A stretch of DNA of 64,000 bases, from NCBI GenBank assembly GCA_964016885.1, contig OZ024740.1, positions 16,554,001-16,618,000 of the forward strand. The letters run 5' to 3'. This DNA is from Eledone cirrhosa. Taxonomy: Eukaryota. The translations under genes and the position numbers were made by a program. The notes below the pieces were generated by a model, which saw nothing but the letters and a program-made list of their open reading frames with translations, made no database searches and had not been told where the DNA came from. Positions within the stretch are counted from its first letter, which is position 1, and each line of letters begins with the position of its first letter. Positions 39,601-54,700 of this stretch are shown here, one piece after another.

Positions 39601-42600
39601 AGAGGTTTACAGGGAGATATCAGTGTAAATATGGTGGCTTCTAGACAGAGCTTTACAAGGAGACATCAATGTAAATATGGTGGCTTCTGGACATAGGTTT
39701 ACAGGGAGACATCAGAGTAAATATGGTTGCTTCTAGACAGAGCTTTACAGGGAGACATCAGTGTAAATATGGTGGCATCTGGACAGAGGTTTACAGGGAG
39801 ACATCAGTGTAAATATGGTGGCTTCTGGACAGGGCTTTACAGAGAGACATTAGTGTAAATATGGTGGCTTCTAGACAGAGGTTTACAGGGAGACATCAGT
39901 GTAAATATGGTGGCATCTGGACAAAAGTTTACAGGGACACATCAGTGTAAATATGGTGGCTTCTAGACAGAGCTTTACAGGGAGATATCAGAGTAAATAT
40001 GGTGGCTTCTAGACAGAGGTTTACAGGGAGATATCAGAGTAAATATGGTGGCTTCTGGACAGAGGTTTACAGGGAGACATCAGTGTAAATATCGTGGCTT
40101 CTGGACAGAGGTTTACAGGGAGACATCAGTGTAAATATGGTTGCTTCTAGACAGAGGTTTACAGGGAGACATCAGTGTAAATATGGTGGCTTCTGGACAG
40201 AGCTTTACAGGGAGATATCAGAGTAAATATGGTGGCTTCTGGACAGAGCTTTACAGGGAGATATCAGAGTAAATATGGTGGCTTCTAGACAAAGCTTTAC
40301 AGGGAGACATCAGAGTAAATATGGTGGCATCTAGACAGAGATTTACAGGGAGACATCAGAGTAAATATGGTGGCTTCTGGACAGAGGTTTACAGGGAGAC
40401 ATCAGTGTAAATATGGTGTCTTCTGGACAGAGGTTTACAGGGAGATATTAGTGTAAATATGGTGTCTTCTGGACAGAGGTTTACTGGGAGACATTAGTGT
40501 AAATATGGTGGCTTCTGGACAGAGCTTTACAGGGAGACATCAGTGTAAATATCGTGGCTTCTGGACAGAGGTTTACAGGGAGACATCAGTGTAAATATGG
40601 TTGCTTCTAGACAGAGGTTTACAGGGAGACATCAGTGTAAATATGGTGGCTTCTAGACAGAGCTTTACAGGGAGACATCAATGTAAATATGGTGGCTTCT
40701 AGACAGAGGTTTACAGGGAGATATCAGTGTAAATATGGTGGCTTCTAGACAGAGCTTTACAGGGAGACATCAATGTAAATATGGTGGCTTCTAGACAGAG
40801 GTTTACAGGGAGATATCAGAGTAAATATGGTGGCTTCTGGACAGAGGTTTACAGGGAGACATCAGTGTAAATATGGTGGCTTCTAGACAGAGGTTTACAG
40901 GTCGAGATCAGTGTAAATATGGTGGCTTCTAGACGGAGGTTTACAGGGAGATATCAGTGTAAATATGGTGTCTTCTGGACAGAGGTTTACAGGGAGATAT
41001 TAGTGTAAATATGGTGTCTTCTGGACAGAGGTTTACTGGGAGACATTAGTGTAAATATGGTGGCTTCTGGACAGAGCTTTACAGGGAGACATCAGTGTAA
41101 ATATCGTGGCTTCTGGCAGAGGTTTACAGGGAGACATCAGTGTAAATATGGTTGCTTCTAGACAGAGGTTTACAGGGAGACATCAGTGTAAATATGGTGG
41201 CTTCTGGACAGAGGTTTACAGGGAGACATCAGTGTAAAAATGGTGGCTTCTGGACAGAGGTTTACAGGGAGACATCAGTGTAAATATGGTGGCTTCTGGA
41301 CAGAGGTTTACAGGGCGACATCAGTGTAAATATGTTGGCTTCTAGACAGATGTTTACAGGGAGACATCAGTGTAAATATGGTGGCTTCTGGATAGAGGTT
41401 TACAGGGAGACATCAGTGTAAATATGGTGGCTTCTGGACAGAGGTTTACAGGGTGACATCAGTGTAAATATGGTGTCTTCTGGACAGAGGTTTACAGTGA
41501 GATATCAGTGTAAATGTGGTGTCTTCTGGACAGAGCTTTACAGGGAGATATCAGAGTAAATATGGTGGCTTCTAGACAAAGCTTTACAGGGAGACATCAG
41601 TGTAAATATAATGTCTTCTGGAGAGAGGATTACAGGGAGACATCAGTGTAAATATGGTGGCTTCTAGACAGAGGTTTACAGGGAGACATCAGTGTAAATA
41701 TGGTGGCTTCTAGACAGAGCTTTACAGGGAGACATTAGTGTAAATATGGTGGCTTCTGGACAGAGGTTTACAGGGAGATATCAGAGTAAATATGGTGGCT
41801 TCTAGACAAAGCTTTACATGGAGACATCAGTGTAAATGTGGTGGCTTCTAGACAGAGGTTTACTGGGAGACATCTGTGTAAATATGGTGGCTTCTAGACA
41901 AAGTTTTACAGGGAGAAATCAGTGTAAATATGGTGGCTTCTAGACAGAGCTTTACAGGGAGACATCAGTGTAAATATGGTGGCTTCTAGACAGAGCTTTA
42001 CAGGGAGACATCAGTGTAAAAATGGTTGCTTCTGGACAGAGGTTTACAGGGAGACATCAGTGTAAATATGGTGGCTTCTGGACAGATGTTTACAGGGAGA
42101 CATCAGTGTAAATATATTGGCTTCTAGACAGAGGTTTACAGGGAGACATCAGTGTAAATATGGTGGCTTCTGGATAGAGGTTTACAGGGAGACATCAGTG
42201 TAAATATGGTGGCTTCTGGACAGAGGTTTACAGGGAGACATCAGTGTAAATATGGTGGCAGCTGGACAGAGGTTTACAGGGACACATCAGTGTAAATATG
42301 GTGGCTTCTGGACAGAGGTTTACAGGGAGATATCAGTGTTAATATGGTGGCTTCTAGACAGAGGTTTACAGGGATATTTTAGTGTAAATATGGTGGCTTC
42401 TGGACAGAGGTTTACAGGGAGACATCAGTGTAAATATGGTGGCTTCTAGACAGAGCTTTACAGGGAGATATCAGTGTAAATATTGTGTCTTCTGGACAGA
42501 GGTTTACAAGGAGATATCAGTGTAAATATGGTGTCTTCTGGACAGAGCTTTACCGGGAGATATCAGAGTAAATATGGTGGCTTCTGGACAGAGCTTTACA

Positions 42601-44800
42601 GGGAGATATCAGAGTAAATATGGTGGCTTCTAGACAAAGATTTACAGGGAGACATCAGTGTAAATATAGTGGCTTCTGGAGAGAGGATTACAGGGAGACA
42701 TGAGTGTAAATATGGTGGCTTCTAGACAGAGCTTTACAGCGAGATGTCAGAGTAAATATGGTGGCTTCTAGACAGAGGTTTACAGGGAGATATCAGAGTA
42801 AATATGGTGGCTTCTGGACAGAGGTTTACAGGGAGACATCAGTGTAAATATGGTGGCTTCTAGACAGAGGTTTACAGGTAGAGATCAGTGTAAATATGGT
42901 GGCTTCTAGACGGAGGTTTACAGGGAGATATCAGTGTAAATATGGTGTCTTCTGGACAGAGGTTTACAGGGAGATATTAGTGTAAATATGGTGTCTTCTG
43001 GACAGAGGTTTACAGGGAGACATTAGTGTAAATATGGTGGCTTCTGGACAGAGCTTTACAGGGAGACATCAGTGTAAATATCGTGGCTTCTGGACAGAGG
43101 TTTACAGGGAGACATCAGTGTAAATATGGTTGCTTCTAGACAGAGGTTTACAGGGAGACATCAGTGTAAATATGGTGGATTCTGGGCAGAGGTTTACAGG
43201 AAGACATCAGTGTAAATATGGTGGCTTCTAGACAGAGGTTTACAGGGAGACATCAGTGTAAATATGGTTGCTTCTAGACAGAGGTTTACAGGGAGACATC
43301 AGTGTAAATATGGTGGCTTCTGGACAGAGCTTTACAGGGAGATATCAGAGTAAATATGGTGGCTTCTGGACAGAGCTTTACAGGGAGATATCAGAGTAAA
43401 TATGGTGGCTTCTAGACAAAGCTTTACAGGGAGACATCAGAGTAAATATGGTGGCATCTATACAGAGATTTACAGGGAGACATCAGAGTAAATATGGTGG
43501 CTTCTAGATAGAGGTTTACAGGGAGACTTCAGTGTAAATATGGTGGCTTCTAGACTGACGTTTACTGGGAGACATCTGTGTAAATATGGTGGCTTCTAGA
43601 CAGAGCTTTACAGGGAGACATCAGTGTAAATATGGTGGCTTCTGGACAGAGGTTTACAGGGAGATATCAGTGTAAATATGGTGGCTTCTAGACAGAGCTT
43701 TACAAGGAGACATCAATGTAAATATGGTGGCTTCTGGACATAGGTTTACAGGGAGACATCAGAGTAAATATGGTTGCTTCTAGACAGAGCTTTACAGGGA
43801 GACATCAGTGTAAATATGGTGGCATCTGGACAGAGGTTTACAGGGAGACATCAGTGTAAATATGGTGGCTTCTGGACAGGGCTTTACAGAGAGACATTAG
43901 TGTAAATATGGTGGCTTCTAGACAGAGGTTTACAGGGAGACATCAGTGTAAATATGGTGGCATCTGGACAAAAGTTTACAGGGACACATCAGTGTAAATA
44001 TGGTGGCTTCTAGACAGAGCTTTACAGGGAGATATCAGAGTAAATATGGTGGCTTCTAGACAGAGGTTTACAGGGAGATATCAGAGTAAATATGGTGGCT
44101 TCTGGACAGAGGTTTACAGGGAGACATCAGTGTAAATATCGTGGCTTCTGGACAGAGGTTTACAGGGAGACATCAGTGTAAATATGGTTGCTTCTAGACA
44201 GAGGTTTACAGGGAGACATCAGTGTAAATATGGTGGCTTCTGGACAGAGCTTTACAGGGAGATATCAGAGTAAATATGGTGGCTTCTGGACAGAGCTTTA
44301 CAGGGAGATATCAGAGTAAATATGGTGGCTTCTAGACAAAGCTTTACAGGGAGACATCAGAGTAAATATGGTGGCATCTAGACAGAGATTTACAGGGAGA
44401 CATCAGAGTAAATATGGTGGCTTCTGGACAGAGGTTTACAGGGAGACATCAGTGTAAATATGGTGTCTTCTGGACAGAGGTTTACAGGGAGATATTAGTG
44501 TAAATATGGTGTCTTCTGGACAGAGGTTTACTGGGAGACATTAGTGTAAATATGGTGGCTTCTGGACAGAGCTTTACAGGGAGACATCAGTGTAAATATC
44601 GTGGCTTCTGGACAGAGGTTTACAGGGAGACATCAGTGTAAATATGGTTGCTTCTAGACAGAGGTTTACAGGGAGACATCAGTGTAAATATGGTGGCTTC
44701 TAGACAGAGCTTTACAGGGAGACATCAATGTAAATATGGTGGCTTCTAGACAGAGGTTTACAGGGAGATATCAGTGTAAATATGGTGGCTTCTAGACAGA
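36700..44800 (+). repeat. Near-perfect tandem duplication of an about 4,048-bp (88-monomer) unit, with a partial third copy starting about 44800
   Basis: ggtcgagatc at ~36852, ~40900, ~44947; tacagtgagat (~37446/~41493) and ctagactgacg (~39503/~43550) shared by the two copies. ORFs 38205/42252 differ by 4,047 = 88 x 46 - 1, explained by the 1-bp deletion ttctggcaga at ~41116. Confidence 0.92.
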
Positions 44801-46329
44801 GCTTTACAGGGAGACATCAATGTAAATATGGTGGCTTCTAGACAGAGGTTTACAGGGAGATATCAGAGTAAATATGGTGGCTTCTGGACAGAGGTTTACA
44901 GGGAGACATCAGTGTAAATATGGTGGCTTCTAGACAGAGGTTTACAGGTCGAGATCAGTGTAAATATGGTGGCTTCTAGACGGAGGTTTACAGGGAGATA
45001 TCAGTGTAAATATGGTGTCTTCTGGACAGAGGTTTACAGGGAGATATTAGTGTAAATATGGTGTCTTCTGGACAGAGGTTTACTGGGAGACATTAGTGTA
45101 AATATGGTGGCTTCTGGACAGAGCTTTACAGGGAGACATCAGTGTAAATATCGTGGCTTCTGGACAGAGGTTTACAGGGAGACATCAGTGTAAATATGGT
45201 TGCTTCTAGACAGAGGTTTACAGGGAGACATCAGTGTAAATATGGTGGCTTCTGGGCAGAGGTTTACAGGAAGACATCAGTGTAAAAATGGTGTCTTCTA
45301 GACAGAGCTTTACAGGGAGACATCAGTGTAAATATGGTTGCTTCTAGACAGAGGTTTACAGGGAGACATCAGTGTAAATATGGTGGCTTCTGGACAGAGG
45401 TTTACAGGGAGACATCAGTGTAAAAATGGTGGCTTCTGGACAGAGGTTTACAGGGAGACATCAGTGTAAATATGGTGGCTTCTGGACAGAGGTTTACAGG
45501 GCGACATCAGTGTAAATATGTTGGCTTCTAGACAGATGTTTACAGGGAGACATCAGTGTAAATATGGTGGCTTCTGGATAGAGGTTTACAGGGAGACATC
45601 AGTGTAAATATGGTGGCTTCTGGACAGAGGTTTACAGGGTGACATCAGTGTAAATATGGTGTCTTCTGGACAGAGGTTTACAGGGAGATATCAGTGTAAA
45701 TGTGGTGTCTTCTGGACAGAGCTTTACAGGGAGATATCAGAGTAAATATGGTGGCTTCTAGACAAAGCTTTACAGGGAGACATCAGTGTAAATATAATGT
45801 CTTCTGGAGAGAGGATTACAGGGAGACATCAGTGTAAATATGGTGGCTTCTAGACAGAGGTTTACAGGGAGACATCAGTGTAAATATGGTGGCTTCTAGA
45901 CAGAGCTTTACAGGGAGACATTAGTGTAAATATGGTGGCTTCTGGACAAAGCTTTACATGGAGACATCAGTGTAAATGTGGTGGCTTCTAGACAGAGGTT
46001 TACTGGGAGACATCTGTGTAAATATGGTGGTTTCTAGACAAAGTTTTACAGGGAGAAATCAGTGTAAATATGGTGGCTTCTAGACAGAGCTTTACAGGGA
46101 GACATCAGTGTAAATATGGTGGCTTCTAGACAGAGCTTTACAGGGAGACATCAGTGTAAAAATGGTTGCTTCTGGACAGAGGTTTACAGGGAGACATCAG
46201 TGTAAATATGGTGGCTTCTGGACAGATGTTTACAGGGAGACATCAGTGTAAATATATTGGCTTCTAGACAGAGGTTTACAGGGAGACATCAGTGTAAATA
46301 TGGTGGCTTCTGGACAGAGGTTTACAGGG

Positions 46330-49000
46330 AGATATCAGTGTAAATATGGTGGCTTCTAGACAGAGGTTTACAGGGATATTTTAGTGTAAATATGGTGGCT
46401 TCTGGACAGAGGTTTACAGGGAGACATCAGTGTAAATATGGTGGCTTCTAGACAGAGCTTTACAGGGAGATATCAGTGTAAATATTGTGTCTTCTGGACA
46501 GAGGTTTACAAGGAGATATCAGTGTAAATATGGTGTCTTCTGGACAGAGCTTTACCGGGAGATATCAGAGTAAATATGGTGGCTTCTGGACAGAGCTTTA
46601 CAGGGAGATATCAGAGTAAATATGGTGGCTTCTAGACAAAGATTTACAGGGAGACATCAGTGTAAATATAGTGGCTTCTGGAGAGAGGATTACAGGGAGA
46701 CATGAGTGTAAATATGGTGGCTTCTAGACAGAGCTTTACAGCGAGATGTCAGAGTAAATATGGTGGCTTCTAGACAGAGGTTTACAGGGAGATATCAGAG
46801 TAAATATGGTGGCTTCTGGACAGAGGTTTACAGGGAGACATCAGTGTAAATATGGTGGCTTCTAGACAGAGGTTTACAGGTAGAGATCAGTGTAAATATG
46901 GTGGCTTCTAGACGGAGGTTTACAGGGAGATATCAGTGTAAATATGGTGTCTTCTGGACAGAGGTTTACAGGGAGATATTAGTGTAAATATGGTGTCTTC
47001 TGGACAGAGGTTTACAGGGAGACATTAGTGTAAATATGGTGGCTTCTGGACAGAGCTTTACAGGGAGACATCAGTGTAAATATCGTGGCTTCTGGACAGA
47101 GGTTTACAGGGAGACATCAGTGTAAATATGGTTGCTTCTAGACAGAGGTTTACAGGGAGACATCAGTGTAAATATGGTGGATTCTGGGCAGAGGTTTACA
47201 GGAAGACATCAGTGTAAATATGGTGGCTTCTAGACAGAGGTTTACAGGGAGACATCAGTGTAAATATGGTTGCTTCTAGACAGAGGTTTACAGGGAGACA
47301 TCAGTGTAAATATGGTGGCTTCTGGACAGAGCTTTACAGGGAGATATCAGAGTAAATATGGTGGCTTCTGGACAGAGCTTTACAGGGAGATATCAGAGTA
47401 AATATGGTGGCTTCTAGACAAAGCTTTACAGGGAGACATCAGAGTAAATATGGTGGCATCTATACAGAGATTTACAGGGAGACATCAGAGTAAATATGGT
47501 GGCTTCTAGATAGAGGTTTACAGGGAGACTTCAGTGTAAATATGGTGGCTTCTAGACAGACGTTTACTGGGAGACATCTGTGTAAATATGGTGGCTTCTA
47601 GACAGAGCTTTACAGGGAGACATCAGTGTAAATATGGTGGCTTCTGGACAGAGGTTTACAGGGAGATATCAGTGTAAATATGGTGGCTTCTAGACAGAGG
47701 TTTACAGGGATATTTTAGTGTAAATATGGTGGCTTCTGGACAGAGGTTTACAGGGAGACATCAGTGTAAATATGGTGGCTTCTAGACAGAGCTTTACAGG
47801 GAGATATCAGTGTAAATATTGTGTCTTCTGGACAGAGGTTTACAAGGAGATATCAGTGTAAATATGGTGTCTTCTGGACAGAGCTTTACCGGGAGATATC
47901 AGAGTAAATATGGTGGCTTCTGGACAGAGCTTTACAGGGAGATATCAGAGTAAATATGGTGGCTTCTAGACAAAGATTTACAGGGAGACATCAGTGTAAA
48001 TATAGTGGCTTCTGGAGAGAGGATTACAGGGAGACATGAGTGTAAATATGGTGGCTTCTAGACAGAGCTTTACAGCGAGATGTCAGAGTAAATATGGTGG
48101 CTTCTAGACAGAGGTTTACAGGGAGATATCAGAGTAAATATGGTGGCTTCTGGACAGAGGTTTACAGGGAGACATCAGTGTAAATATGGTGGCTTCTAGA
48201 CAGAGGTTTACAGGTAGAGATCAGTGTAAATATGGTGGCTTCTAGACGGAGGTTTACAGGGAGATATCAGTGTAAATATGGTGTCTTCTGGACAGAGGTT
48301 TACAGGGAGATATTAGTGTAAATATGGTGTCTTCTGGACAGAGGTTTACAGGGAGACATTAGTGTAAATATGGTGGCTTCTGGACAGAGCTTTACAGGGA
48401 GACATCAGTGTAAATATCGTGGCTTCTGGACAGAGGTTTACAGGGAGACATCAGTGTAAATATGGTTGCTTCTAGACAGAGGTTTACAGGGAGACATCAG
48501 TGTAAATATGGTGGATTCTGGGCAGAGGTTTACAGGAAGACATCAGTGTAAATATGGTGGCTTCTAGACAGAGGTTTACAGGGAGACATCAGTGTAAATA
48601 TGGTTGCTTCTAGACAGAGGTTTACAGGGAGACATCAGTGTAAATATGGTGGCTTCTGGACAGAGCTTTACAGGGAGATATCAGAGTAAATATGGTGGCT
48701 TCTGGACAGAGCTTTACAGGGAGATATCAGAGTAAATATGGTGGCTTCTAGACAAAGCTTTACAGGGAGACATCAGAGTAAATATGGTGGCATCTATACA
48801 GAGATTTACAGGGAGACATCAGAGTAAATATGGTGGCTTCTAGATAGAGGTTTACAGGGAGACTTCAGTGTAAATATGGTGGCTTCTAGACAGACGTTTA
48901 CTGGGAGACATCTGTGTAAATATGGTGGCTTCTAGACAGAGCTTTACAGGGAGACATCAGTGTAAATATGGTGGCTTCTGGACAGAGGTTTACAGGGAGA
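46330..49000 (+). repeat. Tandem duplication of a 1,334-bp (29-monomer) unit
   Basis: gggatattttag at 46373 and 47707 (difference 1,334 = 29 x 46), each followed by ttaccggg, agcgagatgtc, ggattctgggc and catctatacag. Confidence 0.88.
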
Positions 49001-50389
49001 TATCAGTGTAAATATGGTGGCTTCTAGACAGAGCTTTACAAGGAGACATCAATGTAAATATGGTGGCTTCTGGACATAGGTTTACAGGGAGACATCAGAG
49101 TAAATATGGTTGCTTCTAGACAGAGCTTTACAGGGAGACATCAGTGTAAATATGGTGGCATCTGGACAGAGGTTTACAGGGAGACATCAGTGTAAATATG
49201 GTGGCTTCTGGACAGGGCTTTACAGAGAGACATTAGTGTAAATATGGTGGCTTCTAGACAGAGGTTTACAGGGAGACATCAGTGTAAATATGGTGGCATC
49301 TGGACAAAGGTTTACAGGGACACATCAGTGTAAATATGGTGGCTTCTAGACAGAGCTTTACTGGGAGATATCAGAGTAAATATGGTGGCTTCTAGGCAGA
49401 GGTTTACAGGGAGATATCAGAGTAAATATGGTGGCTTCTGGACAGAGGTTTACAGGGAGACATCAGTGTAAATATCGTGGCTTCTGGACAGAGGTTTACA
49501 GGGAGACATCAGTGTAAATATGGTTGCTTCTAGACAGAGGTTTACAGGGAGACATCAGTGTAAATATGGTGGCTTCTGGACAGAGCTTTACAGGGAGATA
49601 TCAGAGTAAATATGGTGGCTTCTGGACAGAGCTTTACAGGGAGATATCAGAGTAAATATGGTGGCTTCTAGACAAAGCTTTACAGGGAGACATCAGAGTA
49701 AATATGGTGGCATCTAGACAGAGATTTACAGGGAGACATCAGAGTAAATATGGTGGCTTCTAGATAGAGGTTTACAGGGAGACTTCAGTGTAAATATGGT
49801 GGCTTCTAGACAGACGTTTACTGGGAGACATCAGTGTAAATATGGTGGCTTCTAGACAGAGCTTTACAGGGAGACATCAGTGTAAATATGGTGGCTTCTG
49901 GACAGAGGTTTACAGGGAGATATCAGTGTAAATATGGTGGCTTCTAGACAGAGCTTTACAGGGAGACATCAATGTAAATATGGTGGCTTCTAGACAGAGG
50001 TTTACAGGGAGATATCAGAGTAAATATGGTGGCTTCTGGACAGAGGTTTACAGGGAGACATCAGTGTAAATATGGTGGCTTCTAGACAGAGGTTTACAGG
50101 TCGAGATCAGTGTAAATATGGTGGCTTCTAGACGGAGGTTTACAGGGAGATATCAGTGTAAATATGGTGTCTTCTGGACAGAGGTTTACAGGGAGATATT
50201 AGTGTAAATATGGTGTCTTCTGGACAGAGGTTTACTGGGAGACATTAGTGTAAATATGGTGGCTTCTGGACAGAGCTTTACAGGGAGACATCAGTGTAAA
50301 TATCGTGGCTTCTGGACAGAGGTTTACAGGGAGACATCAGTGTAAATATGGTTGCTTCTAGACAGAGGTTTACAGGGAGACATCAGTGT

Positions 50390-53300
50390 AAATATGGTGG
50401 CTTCTGGGCAGAGGTTTACAGGAAGACATCAGTGTAAAAATGGTGTCTTCTAGACAGAGCTTTACAGGGAGACATCAGTGTAAATATGGTTGCTTCTAGA
50501 CAGAGGTTTACAGGGAGACATCAGTGTAAATATGGTGGCTTCTGGACAGAGGTTTACAGGGAGACATCAGTGTAAAAATGGTGGCTTCTGGACAGAGGTT
50601 TACAGGGAGACATCAGTGTAAATATGGTGGCTTCTGGACAGAGGTTTACAGGGCGACATCAGTGTAAATATGTTGGCTTCTAGACAGATGTTTACAGGGA
50701 GACATCAGTGTAAATATGGTGGCTTCTGGATAGAGGTTTACAGGGAGACATCAGTGTAAATATGGTGGCTTCTGGACAGAGGTTTACAGGGTGACATCAG
50801 TGTAAATATGGTGTCTTCTGGACAGAGGTTTACAGGGAGATATCAGTGTAAATGTGGTGTCTTCTGGACAGAGCTTTACAGGGAGATATCAGAGTAAATA
50901 TGGTGGCTTCTAGACAAAGCTTTACAGGGAGACATCAGTGTAAATATAATGTCTTCTGGAGAGAGGATTACAGGGTGACATCAGTGTAAATATGGTGGCT
51001 TCTAGACAGAGGTTTACAGGGAGACATCAGTGTAAATATGGTGGCTTCTAGACAGAGCTTTACAGGGAGACATTAGTGTAAATATGGTGGCTTCTGGACA
51101 GAGGTTTACAGGGAGATATCAGAGTAAATATGGTGGCTTCTAGACAAAGCTTTACATGGAGACATCAGTGTAAATGTGATGGCTTCTAGACAGAGGTTTA
51201 CTGGGAGACATCTGTGTAAATATGGTGGCTTCTAGACAAAGTTTTACAGGGAGAAATCAGTGTAAATATGGTGGCTTCTAGACAGAGCTTTACAGGGAGA
51301 CATCAGTGTAAATATGGTGGCTTCTAGACAGAGCTTTACAGGGAGACATCAGTGTAAAAATGGTTGCTTCTGGACAGAGGTTTACAGGGAGACATCAGTG
51401 TAAATATGGTGGCTTCTGGACAGATGTTTACAGGGAGACATCAGTGTAAATATATTGGCTTCTAGACAGAGGTTTACAGGGAGACATCAGTGTAAATATG
51501 GTGGCTTCTGGATAGAGGTTTACAGGGAGACATCAGTGTAAATATGGTGGCTTCTGGACAGAGGTTTACAGGGAGACATCAGTGTAAATATGGTGGCAGC
51601 TGGACAGAGGTTTACAGGGACACATCAGTGTAAATATGGTGGCTTCTGGACAGAGGTTTACAGGGAGATATCAGTGTTAATATGGTGGCTTCTAGACAGA
51701 GGTTTACAGGGATATTTTAGTGTAAATATGGTGGCTTCTGGACAGAGGTTTACAGGGAGACATCAGTGTAAATATGGTGGCTTCTAGACAGAGCTTTACA
51801 GGGAGATATCAGTGTAAATATTGTGTCTTCTGGACAGAGGTTTACAAGGAGATATCAGTGTAAATATGGTGTCTTCTGGACAGAGCTTTACCGGGAGATA
51901 TCAGAGTAAATATGGTGGCTTCTGGACAAAGCTTTACAGGGAGATATCAGAGTAAATATGGTGGCTTCTAGACAAAGATTTACAGGGAGACATCAGTGTA
52001 AATATAGTGGCTTCTGGAGAGAGGATTACAGGGAGACATGAGTGTAAATATGGTGGCTTCTAGACAGAGCTTTACAGCGAGATGTCAGAGTAAATATGGT
52101 GGCTTCTAGACAGAGGTTTACAGGGAGATATCAGAGTAAATATGGTGGCTTCTGGACAGAGGTTTACAGGGAGACATCAGTGTAAATATGGTGGCTTCTA
52201 GACAGAGGTTTACAGGTAGAGATCAGTGTAAATATGGTGGCTTCTAGACGGAGGTTTACAGGGAGATATCAGTGTAAATATGGTGTCTTCTGGACAGAGG
52301 TTTACAGGGAGATATTAGTGTAAATATGGTGTCTTCTGGACAGAGGTTTACAGGGAGACATTAGTGTAAATATGGTGGCTTCTGGACAGAGCTTTACAGG
52401 GAGACATCAGTGTAAATATCGTGGCTTCTGGACAGAGGTTTACAGGGAGACATCAGTGTAAATATGGTTGCTTCTAGACAGAGGTTTACAGGGAGACATC
52501 AGTGTAAATATGGTGGCTTCTGGGCAGAGGTTTACAGGAAGACATCAGTGTAAAAATGGTGTCTTCTAGACAGAGCTTTACAGGGAGACATCAGTGTAAA
52601 TATGGTTGCTTCTAGACAGAGGTTTACAGGGAGACATCAGTGTAAATATGGTGGCTTCTGGACAGAGGTTTACAGGGAGACATCAGTGTAAAAATGGTGG
52701 CTTCTGGACAGAGGTTTACAGGGAGACATCAGTGTAAATATGGTGGCTTCTGGACAGAGGTTTACAGGGCGACATCAGTGTAAATATGTTGGCTTCTAGA
52801 CAGATGTTTACAGGGAGACATCAGTGTAAATATGGTGGCTTCTGGATAGAGGTTTACAGGGAGACATCAGTGTAAATATGGTGGCTTCTGGACAGAGGTT
52901 TACAGGGTGACATCAGTGTAAATATGGTGTCTTCTGGACAGAGGTTTACAGGGAGATATCAGTGTAAATGTGGTGTCTTCTGGACAGAGATTTACAGGGA
53001 GATATCAGAGTAAATATGGTGGCTTCTAGACAAAGCTTTACAGGGAGACATCAGTGTAAATATAATGTCTTCTGGAGAGAGGATTACAGGGTGACATCAG
53101 TGTAAATATGGTGGCTTCTAGACAGAGGTTTACAGGGAGACATCAGTGTAAATATGGTGGCTTCTAGACAGAGCTTTACAGGGAGACATTAGTGTAAATA
53201 TGGTGGCTTCTGGACAGAGGTTTACAGGGAGATATCAGAGTAAATATGGTGGCTTCTAGACAAAGCTTTACATGGAGACATCAGTGTAAATGTGATGGCT

Positions 53301-54700
53301 TCTAGACAGAGGTTTACTGGGAGACATCTGTGTAAATATGGTGGCTTCTAGACAAAGTTTTACAGGGAGAAATCAGTGTAAATATGGTGGCTTCTAGACA
53401 GAGCTTTACAGGGAGACATCAGTGTAAATATGGTGGCTTCTAGACAGAGCTTTACAGGGAGACATCAGTGTAAAAATGGTTGCTTCTGGACAGAGGTTTA
53501 CAGGGAGACATCAGTGTAAATATGGTGGCTTCTGGACAGATGTTTACAGGGAGACATCAGTGTAAATATATTGGCTTCTAGACAGAGGTTTACAGGGAGA
53601 CATCAGTGTAAATATGGTGGCTTCTGGATAGAGGTTTACAGGGAGACATCAGTGTAAATATGGTGGCTTCTGGACAGAGGTTTACAGGGAGACATCAGTG
53701 TAAATATGGTGGCAGCTGGACAGAGGTTTACAGGGACACATCAGTGTAAATATGGTGGCTTCTGGACAGAGGTTTACAGGGAGATATCAGTGTTAATATG
53801 GTGGCTTCTAGACAGAGGTTTACAGGGATATTTTAGTGTAAATATGGTGGCTTCTGGACAGAGGTTTACAGGGAGACATCAGTGTAAATATGGTGGCTTC
53901 TAGACAGAGCTTTACAGGGAGATATCAGTGTAAATATTGTGTCTTCTGGACAGAGGTTTACAAGGAGATATCAGTGTAAATATGGTGTCTTCTGGACAGA
54001 GCTTTACCGGGAGATATCAGAGTAAATATGGTGGCTTCTGGACAAAGCTTTACAGGGAGATATCAGAGTAAATATGGTGGCTTCTAGACAAAGATTTACA
54101 GGGAGACATCAGTGTAAATATAGTGGCTTCTGGAGAGAGGATTACAGGGAGACATGAGTGTAAATATGGTGGCTTCTAGACAGAGCTTTACAGCGAGATG
54201 TCAGAGTAAATATGGTGGCTTCTAGACAGAGGTTTACAGGGAGATATCAGAGTAAATATGGTGGCTTCTGGACAGAGGTTTACAGGGAGACATCAGTGTA
54301 AATATGGTGGCTTCTAGACAGAGGTTTACAGGTAGAGATCAGTGTAAATATGGTGGCTTCTAGACGGAGGTTTACAGGGAGATATCAGTGTAAATATGGT
54401 GTCTTCTGGACAGAGGTTTACAGGGAGATATTAGTGTAAATATGGTGTCTTCTGGACAGAGGTTTACAGGGAGACATTAGTGTAAATATGGTGGCTTCTG
54501 GACAGAGCTTTACAGGGAGACATCAGTGTAAATATCGTGGCTTCTGGACAGAGGTTTACAGGGAGACATCAGTGTAAATATGGTTGCTTCTAGACAGAGG
54601 TTTACAGGGAGACATCAGTGTAAATATGGTGGCTTCTGGGCAGAGGTTTACAGGAAGACATCAGTGTAAAAATGGTGTCTTCTAGACAGAGCTTTACAGG
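50390..54700 (+). repeat. Tandem duplication of a 2,116-bp (46-monomer) unit
   Basis: Variant tgtgatggc at 51175 and 53291; ggattacagggtgac at ~50964/~53080; identical ORFs 51590/53706. Offset 2,116 = 46 x 46. Confidence 0.9.

Noticed and set aside
50390-54700. Duplication length of exactly 46 x 46 bp
   Set aside because: Numerical coincidence among many observed multiples of the monomer.
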